A stretch of 64,000 nucleotides of DNA from Eutreptiella sp. 'Long Island Sound 2002' (taxonomy: Eukaryota > Protista > Euglenida). Within the stretch, counting starts at the first letter, position 1. Each line of letters begins with the position of its first letter. Below the pieces are notes generated by a model. The model made no database searches, was not told the DNA's origin, and was given only the letters and a program-made list of their open reading frames with translations. The translations under genes were made by a program, and so were the position numbers. The DNA is taken from assembly GCA_964036045.1 (NCBI GenBank), contig OZ038379.1, forward strand, positions 12,772,001 through 12,836,000. The letters are read 5' to 3'. Of this stretch, positions 1 through 12,152 are shown piece after piece.

Positions 1-1975
1 CCCCGGGGGGGGGCGCCTTCCACCGTTGTGAGGGGCGCCTGGTGTCAGGCGCTGTCCCTCCCCCGGCCGCCCGTCCTCTGGAGCGGGCAGCCAGGGTTCC
101 GCGACCCGTGTGTCCCGGGTGCGGTCGATGCGGGCGTGTGGACCCAGCACCGGCCCTACAGCGTGCGCCCTTGCGGGCCGGCGTTGCTCGCTGTGGGGTT
201 GGCGGAAGGGCGTCCCCGGGGGGGGGTGCCTTCCACCGTTGTGAGGGGCGCCTGGTGTCAGGCGCTGTCCCTCCCCCGACCGCCCGTCCTCTGGAGCGGG
301 CAGCCAGGGTTCCGCGACCCGTGTGTCCCGGGTGCGGTCGATGCGGGCGTGTGGACCCAGCATCGGCCCCACAGCGTGCGCCCTTGCGGGCCGGCGTTGC
401 TCGCTGTGGGGGTGGCGGAAGGGCGTTCCCGGGGGGGGGGTGCCTTCCACCGTTGTGAGGGGCGCCTGGTGTCAGGCGCTGTCCCTCCCCCGGCCGCCCG
501 TCCTCTGGAGCGGGCAGCCAGGGTTCCGCGACCCGTGTGTCCCGGGTGCGGTCGATGCGGGCGTGTGGACCCAGCACCGGCCCCACAGCGTGCGCCCTTG
601 CGGGCCGGCGTTGCTCGCTGTGGGGGTGGCGGAAGGGCGTCCCCGGGGGGGGTGCCTTCCACCGTTGTGAGGGGCGCCTGGTGTCAGGCGCTGTCCCTCC
701 CCCGACCGCCCGTCCTCTGGAGCGGGCAGCCAGGGTTCCGCGACCCGTGTGTCCCGGGTGCGGTCGATGCGGGCGTGTGGACCCAGCATCGGCCCCACAG
801 CGTGCGCCCTTGCGGGCCTGCGTTGCTCGCTGTGGGGTTGGCGGAAGGGCGTCCCCGGGGGGGGGTGCCTTCCACCGTTGTGAGGGGCGCCTGGTGTCAG
901 GCGCTGTCCCTCCCCCGACCGCCCGTCCTCTGGAGCGGGCAGCCAAGGTTCCGCGACCCGTGTGTCCCGGGTGCGGTCGATGCGGGCGTGTGGACCCAGC
1001 ACCGGCCCCACAGCGTGCGCCCTTGCGGGCCGGCGTTGCTCGCTGTGGGGGTGGCGGAAGGGCGTCCCCGGGGGGGGGTGCCTTCCACCGTTGTGAGGGG
1101 CGCCTGGTGTCAGGCGCTGTCCCTCCCCCGGCCGCCCGTCCTCTGGAGCGGGCAGCCAGGGTTCCGCGACCCGTGTGTCCCGGGTGCGGTCGATGCGGGC
1201 GTGTGGACCCAGCACCGGCCCCACAGCGTGCGCCCTTGCGGGCCGGCGTTGCTCGCTGTGGGGGTGGCGGAAGGGCGTCCCCGGGGGGGGTGCCTTCCAC
1301 CGTTGTGAGGGGCGCCTGGTGTCAGGCGCTGTCCCTCCCCCGACCGCCCGTCCTCTGGAGCGGGCAGCCAGGGTTCCGCGACCCGTGTGTCCCGGGTGCG
1401 GTCGATGCGGGCGTGTGGACCCAGCACCGGCCCCACAGCGTGCGCCCTTGCGGGCCTGCGTTGCTCGCTGTGGGGGTGGCGGAAGGGCGTCCCCGGGGGG
1501 GGGTGCCTTCCACCGTTGTGAGGGGCGCCTGGTGTCAGGCGCTGTCCCTCCCCCGGCCGCCCGTCCTCTGGAGCGGGCAGCCAGGGTTCCGCCACCCGTG
1601 TGTCCCGGGTGCGGTCGATGCGGGCGTGTGGACCCAGCACCGGCCCCACAGCGTGCGCCCTTGCGGGCCGGCGTTGCTCGCTGTGGGGGTGGCGGAAGGG
1701 CGTCCCCGGGGGGGGTGCCTTCCACCGTTGTGAGGGGCGCCTGGTGTCAGGCGCTGTCCCTCCCCCGACCGCCCGTCCTCTGGAGCGGGCAGCCAGGGTT
1801 CCGCGACCCGTGTGTCCCGGGTGCGGTCGATGCGGGCGTGTGGACCCAGCACCGGCCCCACAGCGTGCGCCCTTGCGGGCCGGCGTTGCTCGCTGTGGGG
1901 GTGGCGGAAGGGCGTCCCCGGGGGGGGTGCCTTCCACCATTGTGAGGGGCGCCTGGCGTCAGGCGCTGTCCCTCT
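1..1975. repeat. GC-rich tandem satellite, 212-213 bp unit, >=9 copies, runs off the window start
   Basis: CCTTCCACC recurs at about 17, 229, 443, 655, 868, 1081, 1293, 1506, 1718 and 1931; length variation is in the poly-G tract; copies are near-identical. Confidence 0.97.
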
Positions 1976-3911
1976 CCCGACTGCCCGCCCACTGCTGGGC
2001 GGGTTGCCGGGGTTTGTTGGGTGTGTGCGGTGTGTGTGGTGTCTGTGCCGTGCGTGTCGTGGTGCGTGGTGCCGCTCTTCCCTTGGCCCTCCGGTGCTCC
2101 CCTCTCCGGTGTCTCGGTGCGGTGTTGTGCTCGCCGTGTGCCCGCCGTGTCCCCTCCCCTGTGCGCGCCCCTTGCTCGTCCGCTGGCTACCCCTTGTTCC
2201 TTTCGCGGCTTCGTTGCTCTTTACCCTTTCCTCTACGCTTCTCCCTGGCATGCACTTTTTCCCTGCCTCCGCTTTGTTGTGTGTCTCTGTCTTTTTCCTT
2301 GTCGGCCCGGGCTTCCTCCTTTGAACCTGCGTAGAGAGAGGAGAGGGCGTAAACGGGCGTGCGGCGGCGGCGGTTTTGTCGCGACACGGCACCTCGAGCT
2401 GGCTGGTACGTCATGCGACATGCGTGTGCGGCCGGCGTGTGCGTAGGTTTATTGTCCCACTTGCTCCCGTCTTGTCTCCACACCCCTTTGGCCGCTACCT
2501 TTGCTCGTTGCCCGTTCCGCGCGCGCGGCGTGACATGCAATATACCTGTTTCTTTCCCCACTATCTTAAAGTGTCCTAGTCCTCCCGCCTTGCCGGGCGT
2601 TTGCTAGTGTGAGACGACGGCACGACGCAATACTTGCCTAGGCGTCTAAGACAACCCTACTTTAACGCCCGGACGACGTAAACTCGAGCATACGCTTCTC
2701 CTTGGGACCTGTGAGGGGAAGAGAACGTGGGTGCATGCACGCGTGTTTGTCGGGGCCCGGCACACGCCGGCGCTATGCTATTTGTGTGTATGCTTCCCGT
2801 GTCCCCCTCCCTGGCTATTTGTGTGTTCTAATCAACGCAACAAAAAGGGTGGTTGTGCTGTAAGAGCAGTTGTCACGGTTGCCCCGCATTGCACCGCAGG
2901 GCAGGACCGTTAGCCCCCCGTGACAACCACTCCCTGGCCGAAGGCCATTTCTTTTTCGCCCCTCTCGGTTGGTGGCGCGGGCCGGGCGGTTGGCGACGTG
3001 GCACGACATGGTAACATACTTGCGTTCTTGGTGGCGGTGTGGGGCTTGCCTACTATTTGTTTGCATGCAGCGGCATACCTTTTGTCCCCTTTCGCTCCCT
3101 TTCGCCTCCTACATAAGCGGGCGTGCGGGTGGGCGGTGGGCACGTCTCGGTTACGCCTCGCGGTCACCTTTTACTTTTGTTGGCGTGGTTGCCGTTCTCG
3201 TCTCGTGTTCGTTGCGTAGCGTAGCGTGGCATGCAACATACTTGGACCCGACTAGCCACGTGTGTATGTTTAGTTTTTGTTTGTGTGTTTTTTTTTTTTT
3301 GTGTTGTGCTTCACCTCGGTGACACGTGGCCTCCTTCACGCGTTCTCCTCTCCTTTGTTGGTTTTTTGTTCCCCCTTGTTCGTCCCTTCATACCATTTTG
3401 CTCGTCCGTGGCGGTGATGGCCTTGCGGCGTTCCGGGCACGCACGTGCGGGCATACCTTTCTTTCCCTATGTGAGCGGGGGTGAGCATAGGCATTCATTC
3501 GGTGCCACCTCTTGTTGGTTTTCCTTGCCGGTGCGGTTTTCGTTGCGCTTTTCGTGGCGGCGCACTTCGGCGTTGCTTGACACGTAACTTCCTTGTATTG
3601 CGTTTGTTACGGCGTTATGCATACAATATATGGCATATAACATACTTGCTTTTTGGCGGCCGGTGGCGTTGTTGTTGCTTGTGTGTATTTTTCATGCTAA
3701 CATGCAACATACTTGTGTACTTGTGCGGCTTCGCTTTTCTTTTGTTGTGATCCCCTTCGCGTGTTACGGCGTCGTCGTATTCCCTACGTGAGCGGGCTTG
3801 CATTGCTTGGTCGTGTACTTGTGGTATATCTCCACCGTGGTGCGGTTCGTTACATACTTGTTCTCTCCTTGTCTACCTCTTACCGCGTTGTGCTTGTTTC
3901 GTTGGTTTCTA

Positions 3912-5791
3912 GCGCCAGTCCCCAAAGATCCTTGAAAGATCCTTGGCCACACGTCAAATATTCCGGTCGCTTGGCTTCTTAGAGGGTTTTTTGATGTGTG
4001 GCCAAGGATCTTTGAAGGATCTTTGGGGTGTGGCGAGGGATCTTTGCCACTTTTGTGTTGGGGACACGTCAAGGGTCTCTCCCGGAACACAAAAGTGGTA
4101 AAGATCCCTAGCCACACCCCAAAGATCCTTGAAAGATCCTTGGCCACACCTCAAATATTCCGGTCGCTTGGCTTCTTTGAGGGATCTTTGACGTGTGGCC
4201 AAGGATCTTTCAAGGATCTTTGGGGTGTGGCAAGGGATCTTTGCCACTTTTGTGTTGGTCTCACGTCAAGGGTCCCTCACAGAGGGAAAAAGTGGTAAAG
4301 ATCCCGAGCCACACCCCAAAGATCCTTGAAAGATCCTTGGCCACACCTCAAATATTCCGGTCGCTTGGCTTCTTTGAGGGATCTTTGACGTGTGGCCAAG
4401 GATCTTTCAAGGATCTTTGGGGTGTGGCAAGGGATCTTTGCCACTTTTGTAGTGGTCTCACGTCAAGGGTCCCTCACAGAGGGAAAAAGTGGTAAAGATC
4501 CCGAGCCACACCCCAAAGATCCTTGAAAGATCCTTGGCCAGACCTCAAATATTCCGGTCGCTTGGCTTCTTTGAGGGATCTTTGACGTGTGGCCAAGGAT
4601 CTTTCAAGGATCTTTGGGGTGTGGCAAGGGATCTTTGCCACTTTTGTAGTGGTCTCACGTCAAGGGTCCCTCCCGGAACACAAAAGTGGTAAAGATCCCT
4701 AGCCACACCCCAAAGATCCTTGAAAGATCCTTGGCCACACCTCAAATATTCCGGGCGCTTGGCCTCTTTGAGGGATCTTTGACGTGTGGCCAAGGATCTT
4801 TCAAGGATCTTTGGGGTGTGGCGAGGGATCTTTGCCACTTTTGTAGTGGTCTCACGTCAAGGGTCCCTCACAGAGGGCAAAAGTGGTAAAGATCCCGAGC
4901 CAGTCGCCAAAGATCCTTGCAAGATCCTTGGCCACACGTCAAATATTCCGGTCGCTTGGCTTCTTTGAGGAGTTTTTGACGTGTGGCCAAGGATCTTTCA
5001 AGGATCTTTGGGGTGTGGCAAGGGATCTTTGCCACTTTTGTGTTGGGGACACGTCAAGGGTCTCTCCCGGAACACAAAAGTGGTAAAGATCCCTAGCCAC
5101 ACCCCAAAGATCCTTGAAAGATCCTTGGCCACACCTCAAATATTCCGGTCGCTTGGCTTCTTTGAGGGATCTTTGACGTGTGGCCAAGGATCTTTCAAGG
5201 ATCTTTGGGGTGTGGCGAGGGATCTTTGCCACTTCTGTAGTGGTCTCACGTCAAGGGTCCCTCACAGAGGGCAAAAGTGGTAAAGATCCCGAGCCAGTCC
5301 CCAAAGATCCTTGAAAGATCCTTGGCGACACGTCAAATATTCCGGTCGCTTGGCTTCTTTGAGGGATCTTTGACGTGTGGCCAAGGATCTTTCAAGGATC
5401 TTTGGGGTGTGGCAAGGGATCTTTGCCACTTTTGTGTTGGGGACACGTCAAGGGTCCCTCCCGGAACACAAAAGTGGTAAAGATCCCTAGCCACACCCCA
5501 AAGATCCTTGAAAGATCCTTGGCCAGACCTCAAATATTCCGGTCGCTTGGCTTCTTTGAGGGATGTTTGACGTGTGGCCAAGGATCTTTCAAGGATCTTT
5601 GGGGTGTGGCAAGGGATCTTCGCCACTTTTGTAGTGGTCTCACGTCAAGGGTCCCTCACAGAGGGAAAAAGTGGTAAAGATCCCGAGCCAGTCCCCAAAG
5701 ATCCTTGAAAGATCCTTGGCCACACCTCAAATATTCCGGTCGCTTGGCTTCTTTGAGGGATCTTTGACGTGTGGCCAAGGATCTTTCAAGG
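3912..5791. repeat. 197 bp satellite made of alternating inverted arms (left block, ~9.5 units)
   Basis: AAAAGTGG at 197 bp spacing; 3920-3958 is the exact reverse complement of 4187-4225; the motif AAAGATCC/GGATCTTT is reiterated. Confidence 0.96.
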
Positions 5792-6357
5792 TAGGTAGGT
5801 AGGTATCTTCGGGAGCTCGGGATGCCTCCTTTGACGGTGCAGGAAGAAGGTCTTATCAAGGGGACGTCCTGTCCCTCCCACTGCCCTATGTTAGGTGCCT
5901 CTTGAGCCGCTCCCGCATGTGCTTGGGAAGGCATTGTCGCGGCCACCCGGTCCATGTGTCCCAGGTGGGAGGGTGTCCCCACATGTGTCCATGAGTAGGG
6001 CCACATGCCCCCTCCTTCGGGCGGCAGCTCTGGGGGCTGCCCAGCCGTGTGGAGTATCTCTCACCACAAGGGGTCTTGCTCCCGCTTGTCTACGGTACGA
6101 CCGCCTCACCCTTGTGGCTTGAGTTGCGGGGCCGCTCCGCTTGGCAGGCGACCCCCTCCTGGACTGTGTACCGGCTCGCCTGTCACCGGTTGCATCCATG
6201 GCTCCGGGTGACGTTTGCCATGGTCCCCGACGCAGCCTGGCCGGGCTCGGACCAGCAGCCTTGGGGTACCGCTCCTGCCACTGGCCCGGTGGGTCGGCTG
6301 GGTCGCCCCAGTGTGTCCGACCCATGGGGTGTTGGTTCTTTCCTGTCCCCCGGCCGC

Positions 6358-7610
6358 CCTACGTGTGTGCGGCGTCCTTGGCCTCCCGGCTCCTGTTCAC
6401 CGGTGTGCCTGCTCGGTGTGTTGTGTTGCGTGTGCGGCGTCCTGGGCCTCCCGGCTCCTGTTCACCGGTGTGCCCGCTCGGTGTGGTGTGTTGCGTGTGC
6501 GGCGTCCTGGGCCTCCCGGCTCCTGTTCACCGGTGCGCCCGCTCGGTGTGTTGTGTTGCGTGTGCGGCGTCCTGGGCCTCCCGGCTCCTGTTCACCGGTA
6601 CGCCCGCTCGGTGTGTTGTGTGGCGTGTGCGGCGTCCTGGGCCTCCCGGCTCCTGTTCACCGTTGTGCCCGCTCGGTGTGTTGTGTTGCGTGTGCGGCGT
6701 CCTGGGCCTCCCGGCTCCTGTTCACCGGTGCGCCCGCTCGGTGTGTTGTGTTGCGTGTGCGGCGTCCTGGGCCTCCCGGCTCCTGTTCACCGGTGTGCCC
6801 GCTCGGTGTGTTGTGTTGCGTGTGCGGCGTCCTGGGCCTCCCGGCTCCTGTTCACCGGTGCGCCCGCTCGGTGTGTTGTGTTGCGTGTGCGGTGTCCTGG
6901 GCCTCCCGGCTCCTGTTCACCGGTGTGCCCGCTCGGTGTGTTGTGTTGCGTGTGCGGCGTCCTGGGCCTCCCGGCTCCTGTTCACCGCTGTGCCCGCTCG
7001 GTGTGTTGTGCTGCGTGTGCGGCGTCCTGGGCCTCCCGGCTCCTGTCCACCGGTGTGCCCGCTCGCCGTGTTGTGTTGCGTGTGCGGCGTCCTGGGCCTC
7101 CCGGCTCCTGTTCACCGGTGTGCGCGCTCGGTGTGTTGTGTTGCGTGTGCGGCGTCCTGGGCCTCCCGGCTCCTGTTCACCGGTGTGCCTGCTCGGTGTG
7201 TTGTGTTGCGTGTGCGGCGTCCTGGGCCTCCCGGCTCCTGTTCACCGGTGCGCCCGCTCGGTGTGGTGTGTTGTGTTGCGTGTGCGGCGTCCTGGGCCTC
7301 CCGGCTCCTGTTCACCGGTGTGCCCGCTCGGTGTGTTGTGTTGCGTGTGCGGCGTCCTGGGCCTCCCGGCTCCTGTTCACCGGTGTGCCCGCTCGGTGTG
7401 TTGTGTTGCGTGTGCGGCGTCCTGGGCCTCCCGGCTCCTGTTCACCGGTGCGCCCGCTCGGTGTGTTTTGTTGCGTGTGCGGCGTCCTGGGCCTCCCGGC
7501 TCCTGTTCACCGGTGCGCCCGCTCGGTGTGGTGTGTTGTGTTGCGTGTGCGGCGTCCTGGGCCTCCCGGCTCCTGTTCACCGGTGTGCCCGCTCGGTGTG
7601 TTGTGTTGCT
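6358..7610. repeat. 65 bp minisatellite, ~19 copies, inside the insertion
   Basis: CGGCGTCCTGGGCCTCCCGGCTCCTGTTCACCGG at 6435, 6500, 6565 and onward. Confidence 0.95.
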
Positions 7611-7629
7611 GTGTGGGGTGCCGCTGCGG

Positions 7630-7845
7630 GGCGCTCACTCGTCCATCCGGACGGCGGCTATCGTAGCCGGCAAGGGCTGGGTACCCTCCGGGCGCACACA
7701 CGTCCATCCGGACGGCGGCTGTTCGTAGCCGGCAGGGGCTGGGTACCCTCCGGGCGCGCACTCGTCCATCCGGACGGCGGCTGTTCGTTGCCGGCAGGGG
7801 TTGGGTACCCTCCGGGCGCGCACTCGTCCATCGGGACGGCGGCTG
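7630..7845. repeat. 61-62 bp tandem repeat, ~3.5 copies, hairpin-rich
   Basis: GTCCATC at 7641, 7702, 7764 and 7826; internal inverted repeats GTCC/GGAC and CGGCTA/TAGCCG. Confidence 0.85.
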
Positions 7846-8070
7846 GCGTGCGTGTGCTTGCTCTTTGTGGCCGGGTCGGGCGGGCCGGCCTCCCGGGCGC
7901 GCTGTGGTGCGCCTCACCTTTTCCTTTGGCCGCTTTGTCTTTCTGCTTTGCTTGGCCCCCTCCGGGCTGGGGTTGCCCCCCGCTCTCTTGCTGCCCTTGC
8001 CGTTCCTCGTTGCCTGGGCGCCGTGCTTTGGTTGTTTTTCTCGGCCTCCCGCTGCCTGGCCCGTGTGGCC

Positions 8071-9285
8071 CGTGTGGCCAAGGATCTTTCAAGGATCTTT
8101 GGGGTGTGGCAAGGGATCTTCGCCACTTTTGTAGTGGTCTCACGTCAGGGGTCCCTCACAGAGGGAAAAAGTGGTAAAGATCCCGAGCCAGTCCCCAAAG
8201 ATCATTGAAAGATCCTTGGCCACACCTCAAATATTCCGGTCGCTTGGCTTCTTTGAGGGATCTTTGACGTGTGGCCAAGGATCTTTCAAGGATCTCTGGG
8301 GTGTGGCAAGGGATCTTTGCCACTTTTGTAGTGGTCTCACGTCAAGGGTCCCTCACAGAGGGCAAAAGTGGTAAAGATCCCGAGCCAGTTGCCAAAGATC
8401 CTTGAAAGATCCTTCGCCACACCTCAAATATTCCGGTCGTGGCTTCTTTGAGGGTTTTTTGACGTGTGGCCAAGGATCTTTCAAGGATCTTTGGGGTGTG
8501 GCAAGGGATCTTTGCCACTTTTGTGTTGGGGACACGTCAAGGGTCCCTCCCGGAACACAAAAGTGGTAAAGATCCCTAGCCACACCCCAAAGATCCTTGA
8601 AAGATCCTTGGCCACCGTCAAATATTTCGGTCACTTGGCTTCTTGGAGGGTTTTTTGACGTGTGGCAAAGGATCTTTCAAGGATCTTTGGGGTGTGGCGA
8701 GGGATCTTTGCCACTTTTGTGTTGGTCTCACGTAAAGGGTCCCTCACGGCGCGCAAAAGTGGCGAAGATCCCAAGCCAGACCCCAAAGATCCTTGAAAGA
8801 TCCTTGACCACACGTCAAATATTCCGGTCGCTTGGCTTCTTTGAGGGATCTTTGACGTGTGGCCAAGGATCTTTCAAGGATCTTTGGGGTGTGGCGAGGG
8901 ATCTTTTCCACTTTTGTGTGGGGCACACCTCAAGGTCCCTCATAGAATGCAAAAGTGGTAAAGATCCCTAGCCACACCCCAAAAAACCTTGAAAGATCGT
9001 TGGCCAGACCAGATGTCAAATATTCCGGGCGTTTGGCTTCTTTGTGGAATCTTTGACCTGTGGCCAAGGATCTTTCAACGATCTTTGGGGTGTGGCTAGC
9101 TAGGGATCTTTGCCACTTTTGTGTCGGGGACACGTCAAGGGTCCCTCACAGAACGCAAAAGTGGTAAAGATCCCTGGCCACACGCCAAAGATCCTTGAAA
9201 GATCCTTGGCCACACGTCAAATATTCTGGTCGCTTGGCTTCTTGGATGGATCTTTGACGTGTGGCCAAGGATCTTTCAAGGATCT
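8071..9285. repeat. 197 bp inverted-arm satellite (right block, ~6 units, more diverged distally)
   Basis: Resumes in register after the TSD; mismatches and indels increase toward 9285. Confidence 0.95.
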
Positions 9286-9659
9286 ATCTCACTATTGCTA
9301 TCTCACTAAGCTAGTGCCGGCAGTGCACAATTTGAGTGCCTGTTGCCCACTTTGGCATTGGTAACCGTTTCTTAGGCCTCCTCTCCGAGATCAAACTCTG
9401 ATTTCCCGTTACCCGTACAGCCATGTTTTGGTGGCCTGCTACACCACCACTGGTAACCCTAAAACAAACGAATGGCACATCTGGCAGAGCATCGATGACC
9501 ATAACCCACTTCTCCCACCCTTCTTTCCGCTAAGTCACAACGCAACACATCGCACAGGGACTTTTTGAACTGGAGCTGCACACCTTGCTAACTTGTGATT
9601 CATTGCAACAACAACTACTACTCATATCACTGTTGCTGATGTCCCTATATATCCCTCTT

Positions 9660-10832
9660 GTCGTCTATATTGTCGGGTTGGGTGTTGCAGGTAGGAGTTG
9701 GGGAATTCCCTCTCTCATCCTAGCACGTCGCTATTGTCAGGTTGGGTGTGCCACTTATGAGATGGGGAAATCCCCATCTCATCCTGGCTTGTCCCTATTG
9801 TCGGGTTGGGTGTTGCACTTATGATGGGGAGTTCCCCATCTCATCCTAGCACGTTCCTATTGTCTGGTTGGGTGTGGAACTTATGAGATGGAGAATTCCA
9901 CATCTCATCCTAGCACTTGACTTGAGAATGGGAATCGCCGGAGCCCCTCCAGTTCTCGGGTTGTCGCTCATTCTCCCCTCCCTTGTGGCCCATGTGTGCC
10001 TTGCTGGTTTGATGTTGACTGGCACGCTTGTGGTCTGTCGATGGTTGGGTTGGAATTCCCCATCTCATCCTAGCACGTCCCTGTCCCTATTGTCGGGTTG
10101 GCTGTGGCACTTATGAGATGGGGAATTCCCCATCTCATCCTAGCACGTCCCTATTGTTGGGTTGGGTGTTGCACTTATGAGAAGGGGAATTCCCCATCTC
10201 CTCCTAGCAGGTCCCTATTGTCGGGTTGGGTGTTGCACTTATGAGATGGGGAATTCCCCATCTCCTCCTAGCAGGTCCCTATTGTCGCGTTCGGTGTGCT
10301 CTACGCCTGACGTGGCCCACCCTGGCGCCGCTGTTCCGGTTGTGACCCATGTGTGCCTTGCTGGTTTGATGTTGACTGGCACGCGTGTGGTCTGTCGATG
10401 GTTGGGTTGGAATTCCCCATCTCATCCTAGCACGTCCCTGTCCCTATTGTCGGGTTGGCTGTGGCACTTATGAGATGGGGAATTCCCCTCTCATCCCACC
10501 ACGTCCCTGTAGTTGGGTTGGGTGTGGCACTTATGAGATGGGGAATTCCCCCTCTCATCCTAGCACGTCCCTATTGTCGGGTTGGGTGTGGCACTTATGA
10601 GAAGGGGAATTCCCCATCTCATCCTACCACGTCCCTATAGTTGGGTTGGGTGTGGCACTTATGAGATGGGGAATTCCCCATCTCATCGTAGCAGGTCCCT
10701 ATTGTCGTGTTGGCTGTGGCACTTATGAGATGGGGAATTCCCCATCTCATCCTAGTAGGTCCCTATTGTCGGGTTGGGTGTTGCACTTATGAGATGCGGA
10801 ATTCCCCATCTCATCCTAGCAGGTCCCTATTG
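9660..10832. repeat. 64 bp satellite containing a 26 bp perfect palindrome ATGAGATGGGGAATTCCCCATCTCAT
   Basis: CACTTATGAG at 10108, 10172 and 10236; about 13 full and 2 half copies; a ~70 bp interrupting segment occurs twice (about 9988 and 10347). Confidence 0.93.
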
Positions 10833-11951
10833 TGATGAGATGATGAGATATTTGTGTGTTGTCACATGTTGCCTCATTTTCAGCCTCTTATGCATTGGTA
10901 AGCAGCTTTTCTTTGCTGTCGTTGCGCTCGGTGTGCCTTTTGTAAGAAGAGAGGGGGGCACATCTGGACCCATTGAAGGGACACCTGCGGTTGCACCGTG
11001 ACACCTTCCAAATCCGGGTCACGCGAAAGGACAAGGTCAAACGCAAGGGGTGGTAGACTACCGATGGAGAATCGTGCGCCGTCTCGACTGGTATGCCACC
11101 AATGCACACACCACATTACGCTCCTACCATCACTTGCACGAAAGTGCTTGTTGTATGGACATAAAAGTGAGCAGTAAAAAAATTTGAACACCCGGACACC
11201 ACAAACATAGAGGGGCCTGCAAGTAAGGGAACGATATGAGGGTTCACTGGCATCATATTGGCTCTTGTTTTCCTTGAGCCGATGGAAATTCTCCAGTGTT
11301 GAGTTGTCCTCGCCTTGTGCCTTCGTCATCCTCGCAAATACCCAATTGCTCCCTTCCATCCCTCTACTACCCACACCTGGTAGCTCCGTTACGTGAAAGC
11401 TTTCGGAGGATACTTCTAGGTTGGCTTGCTTCTTCTTCAATGTTTGTTATGATGTTCGCAGTTCCTTTCGGTTCGCTTCATGCCATGTTCCGCATCTTAT
11501 GGGTGTGGAAGTTTTGCATGCTACTATGGCCGCTACCAGCCAAGCTGTGTGCCTTCAGTTCTATCAATACCACACATGTTGTGCCCAACGAGCCTTGCGA
11601 CATCGCCGTGCTATCCCTCGTGTGCTCCGTGCATAGTGCCGCGATTGCTCTAACCAAAGGAGGCAATGTTCTTCTTGCTACCACCTTGGAACGAGTCCTG
11701 CAAAATAAGCAAGTGTGTCAAAGCAGTGGGCGGCTTACCCTTGCCATGCTTGCCTGTTCCCTGTGCCCCCATGTCTTGATCTCATATTTGGGCTTGCAAG
11801 GAGTTGTCTCTCTTGTAGTGCGTGCTCAACTTTTAGGTTGTGCATTGTGTTACCTTGTGAGCAAAATGCCGAAGTAGCCGAGCATCTGCAACGAGCATTG
11901 AGCTAGTGTGTGTTTGTTTGTGACCACTCTTTTTTTCTCTCTGCTCCGCAG

Positions 11952-12152
11952 CACAACACGTTCTCACCGTCCATGCACGAATTCGACGCGGCGATGGCAT
12001 CTCTTACCAAAGCGGTCAGTGAATACCATCCGTCCTTGCAATTTGACGTTGGAGTCCTGGTGGGTGGACGGAGCAGTTTGCGAGCCACCAAGCGGCCGTT
12101 GTGGATCTACGACCGCGCGCAGCATCACTTGAAGGCAAAGGAATGGGTGGAG
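11952..12152 (+). CDS. Carbamoyltransferase-like gene, first identified exon (HNTFSPS...KAKEWVE)
   Basis: ccgcag| acceptor, GAG|gtatgc donor, 67 codons, phase 0-0; it joins the next exon to give EWVE-APHHMSHA, matching the family V-x-HH-x-x-HA context. Confidence 0.72.

Larger units (their letters stand above)
5792..8070 (-). mobile_element. 2.28 kb insertion in the 197 bp satellite; probable non-autonomous non-LTR retroelement
   Basis: CGTGTGGCCAAGGATCTTTCAAGG (24 bp) is duplicated at 5768-5791 and 8071-8094; a (GGTA)n end at 5791-5805 reads as a (TACC)n tail on the minus strand; internal tandem repeats; no recognisable RT or endonuclease. Confidence 0.7.

Noticed and set aside
28-1945. Long ORFs (up to 426 aa) on both strands
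   Set aside because: Products of a stop-poor GC-rich tandem repeat; the same peptides recur in every frame.
6049-8177. 559, 678 and 483 aa Cys/Val-rich ORFs
   Set aside because: All three frames are open because the 65 bp unit lacks stops; no domain.
9660-10832. CRISPR array
   Set aside because: Linkers are near-identical rather than unique spacers; no cas genes; eukaryotic context.
10930-11880. Possible Cys-rich transposase remnant or upstream exons
   Set aside because: Frames are broken, no convincing motif, and no phase-compatible exon with family similarity.
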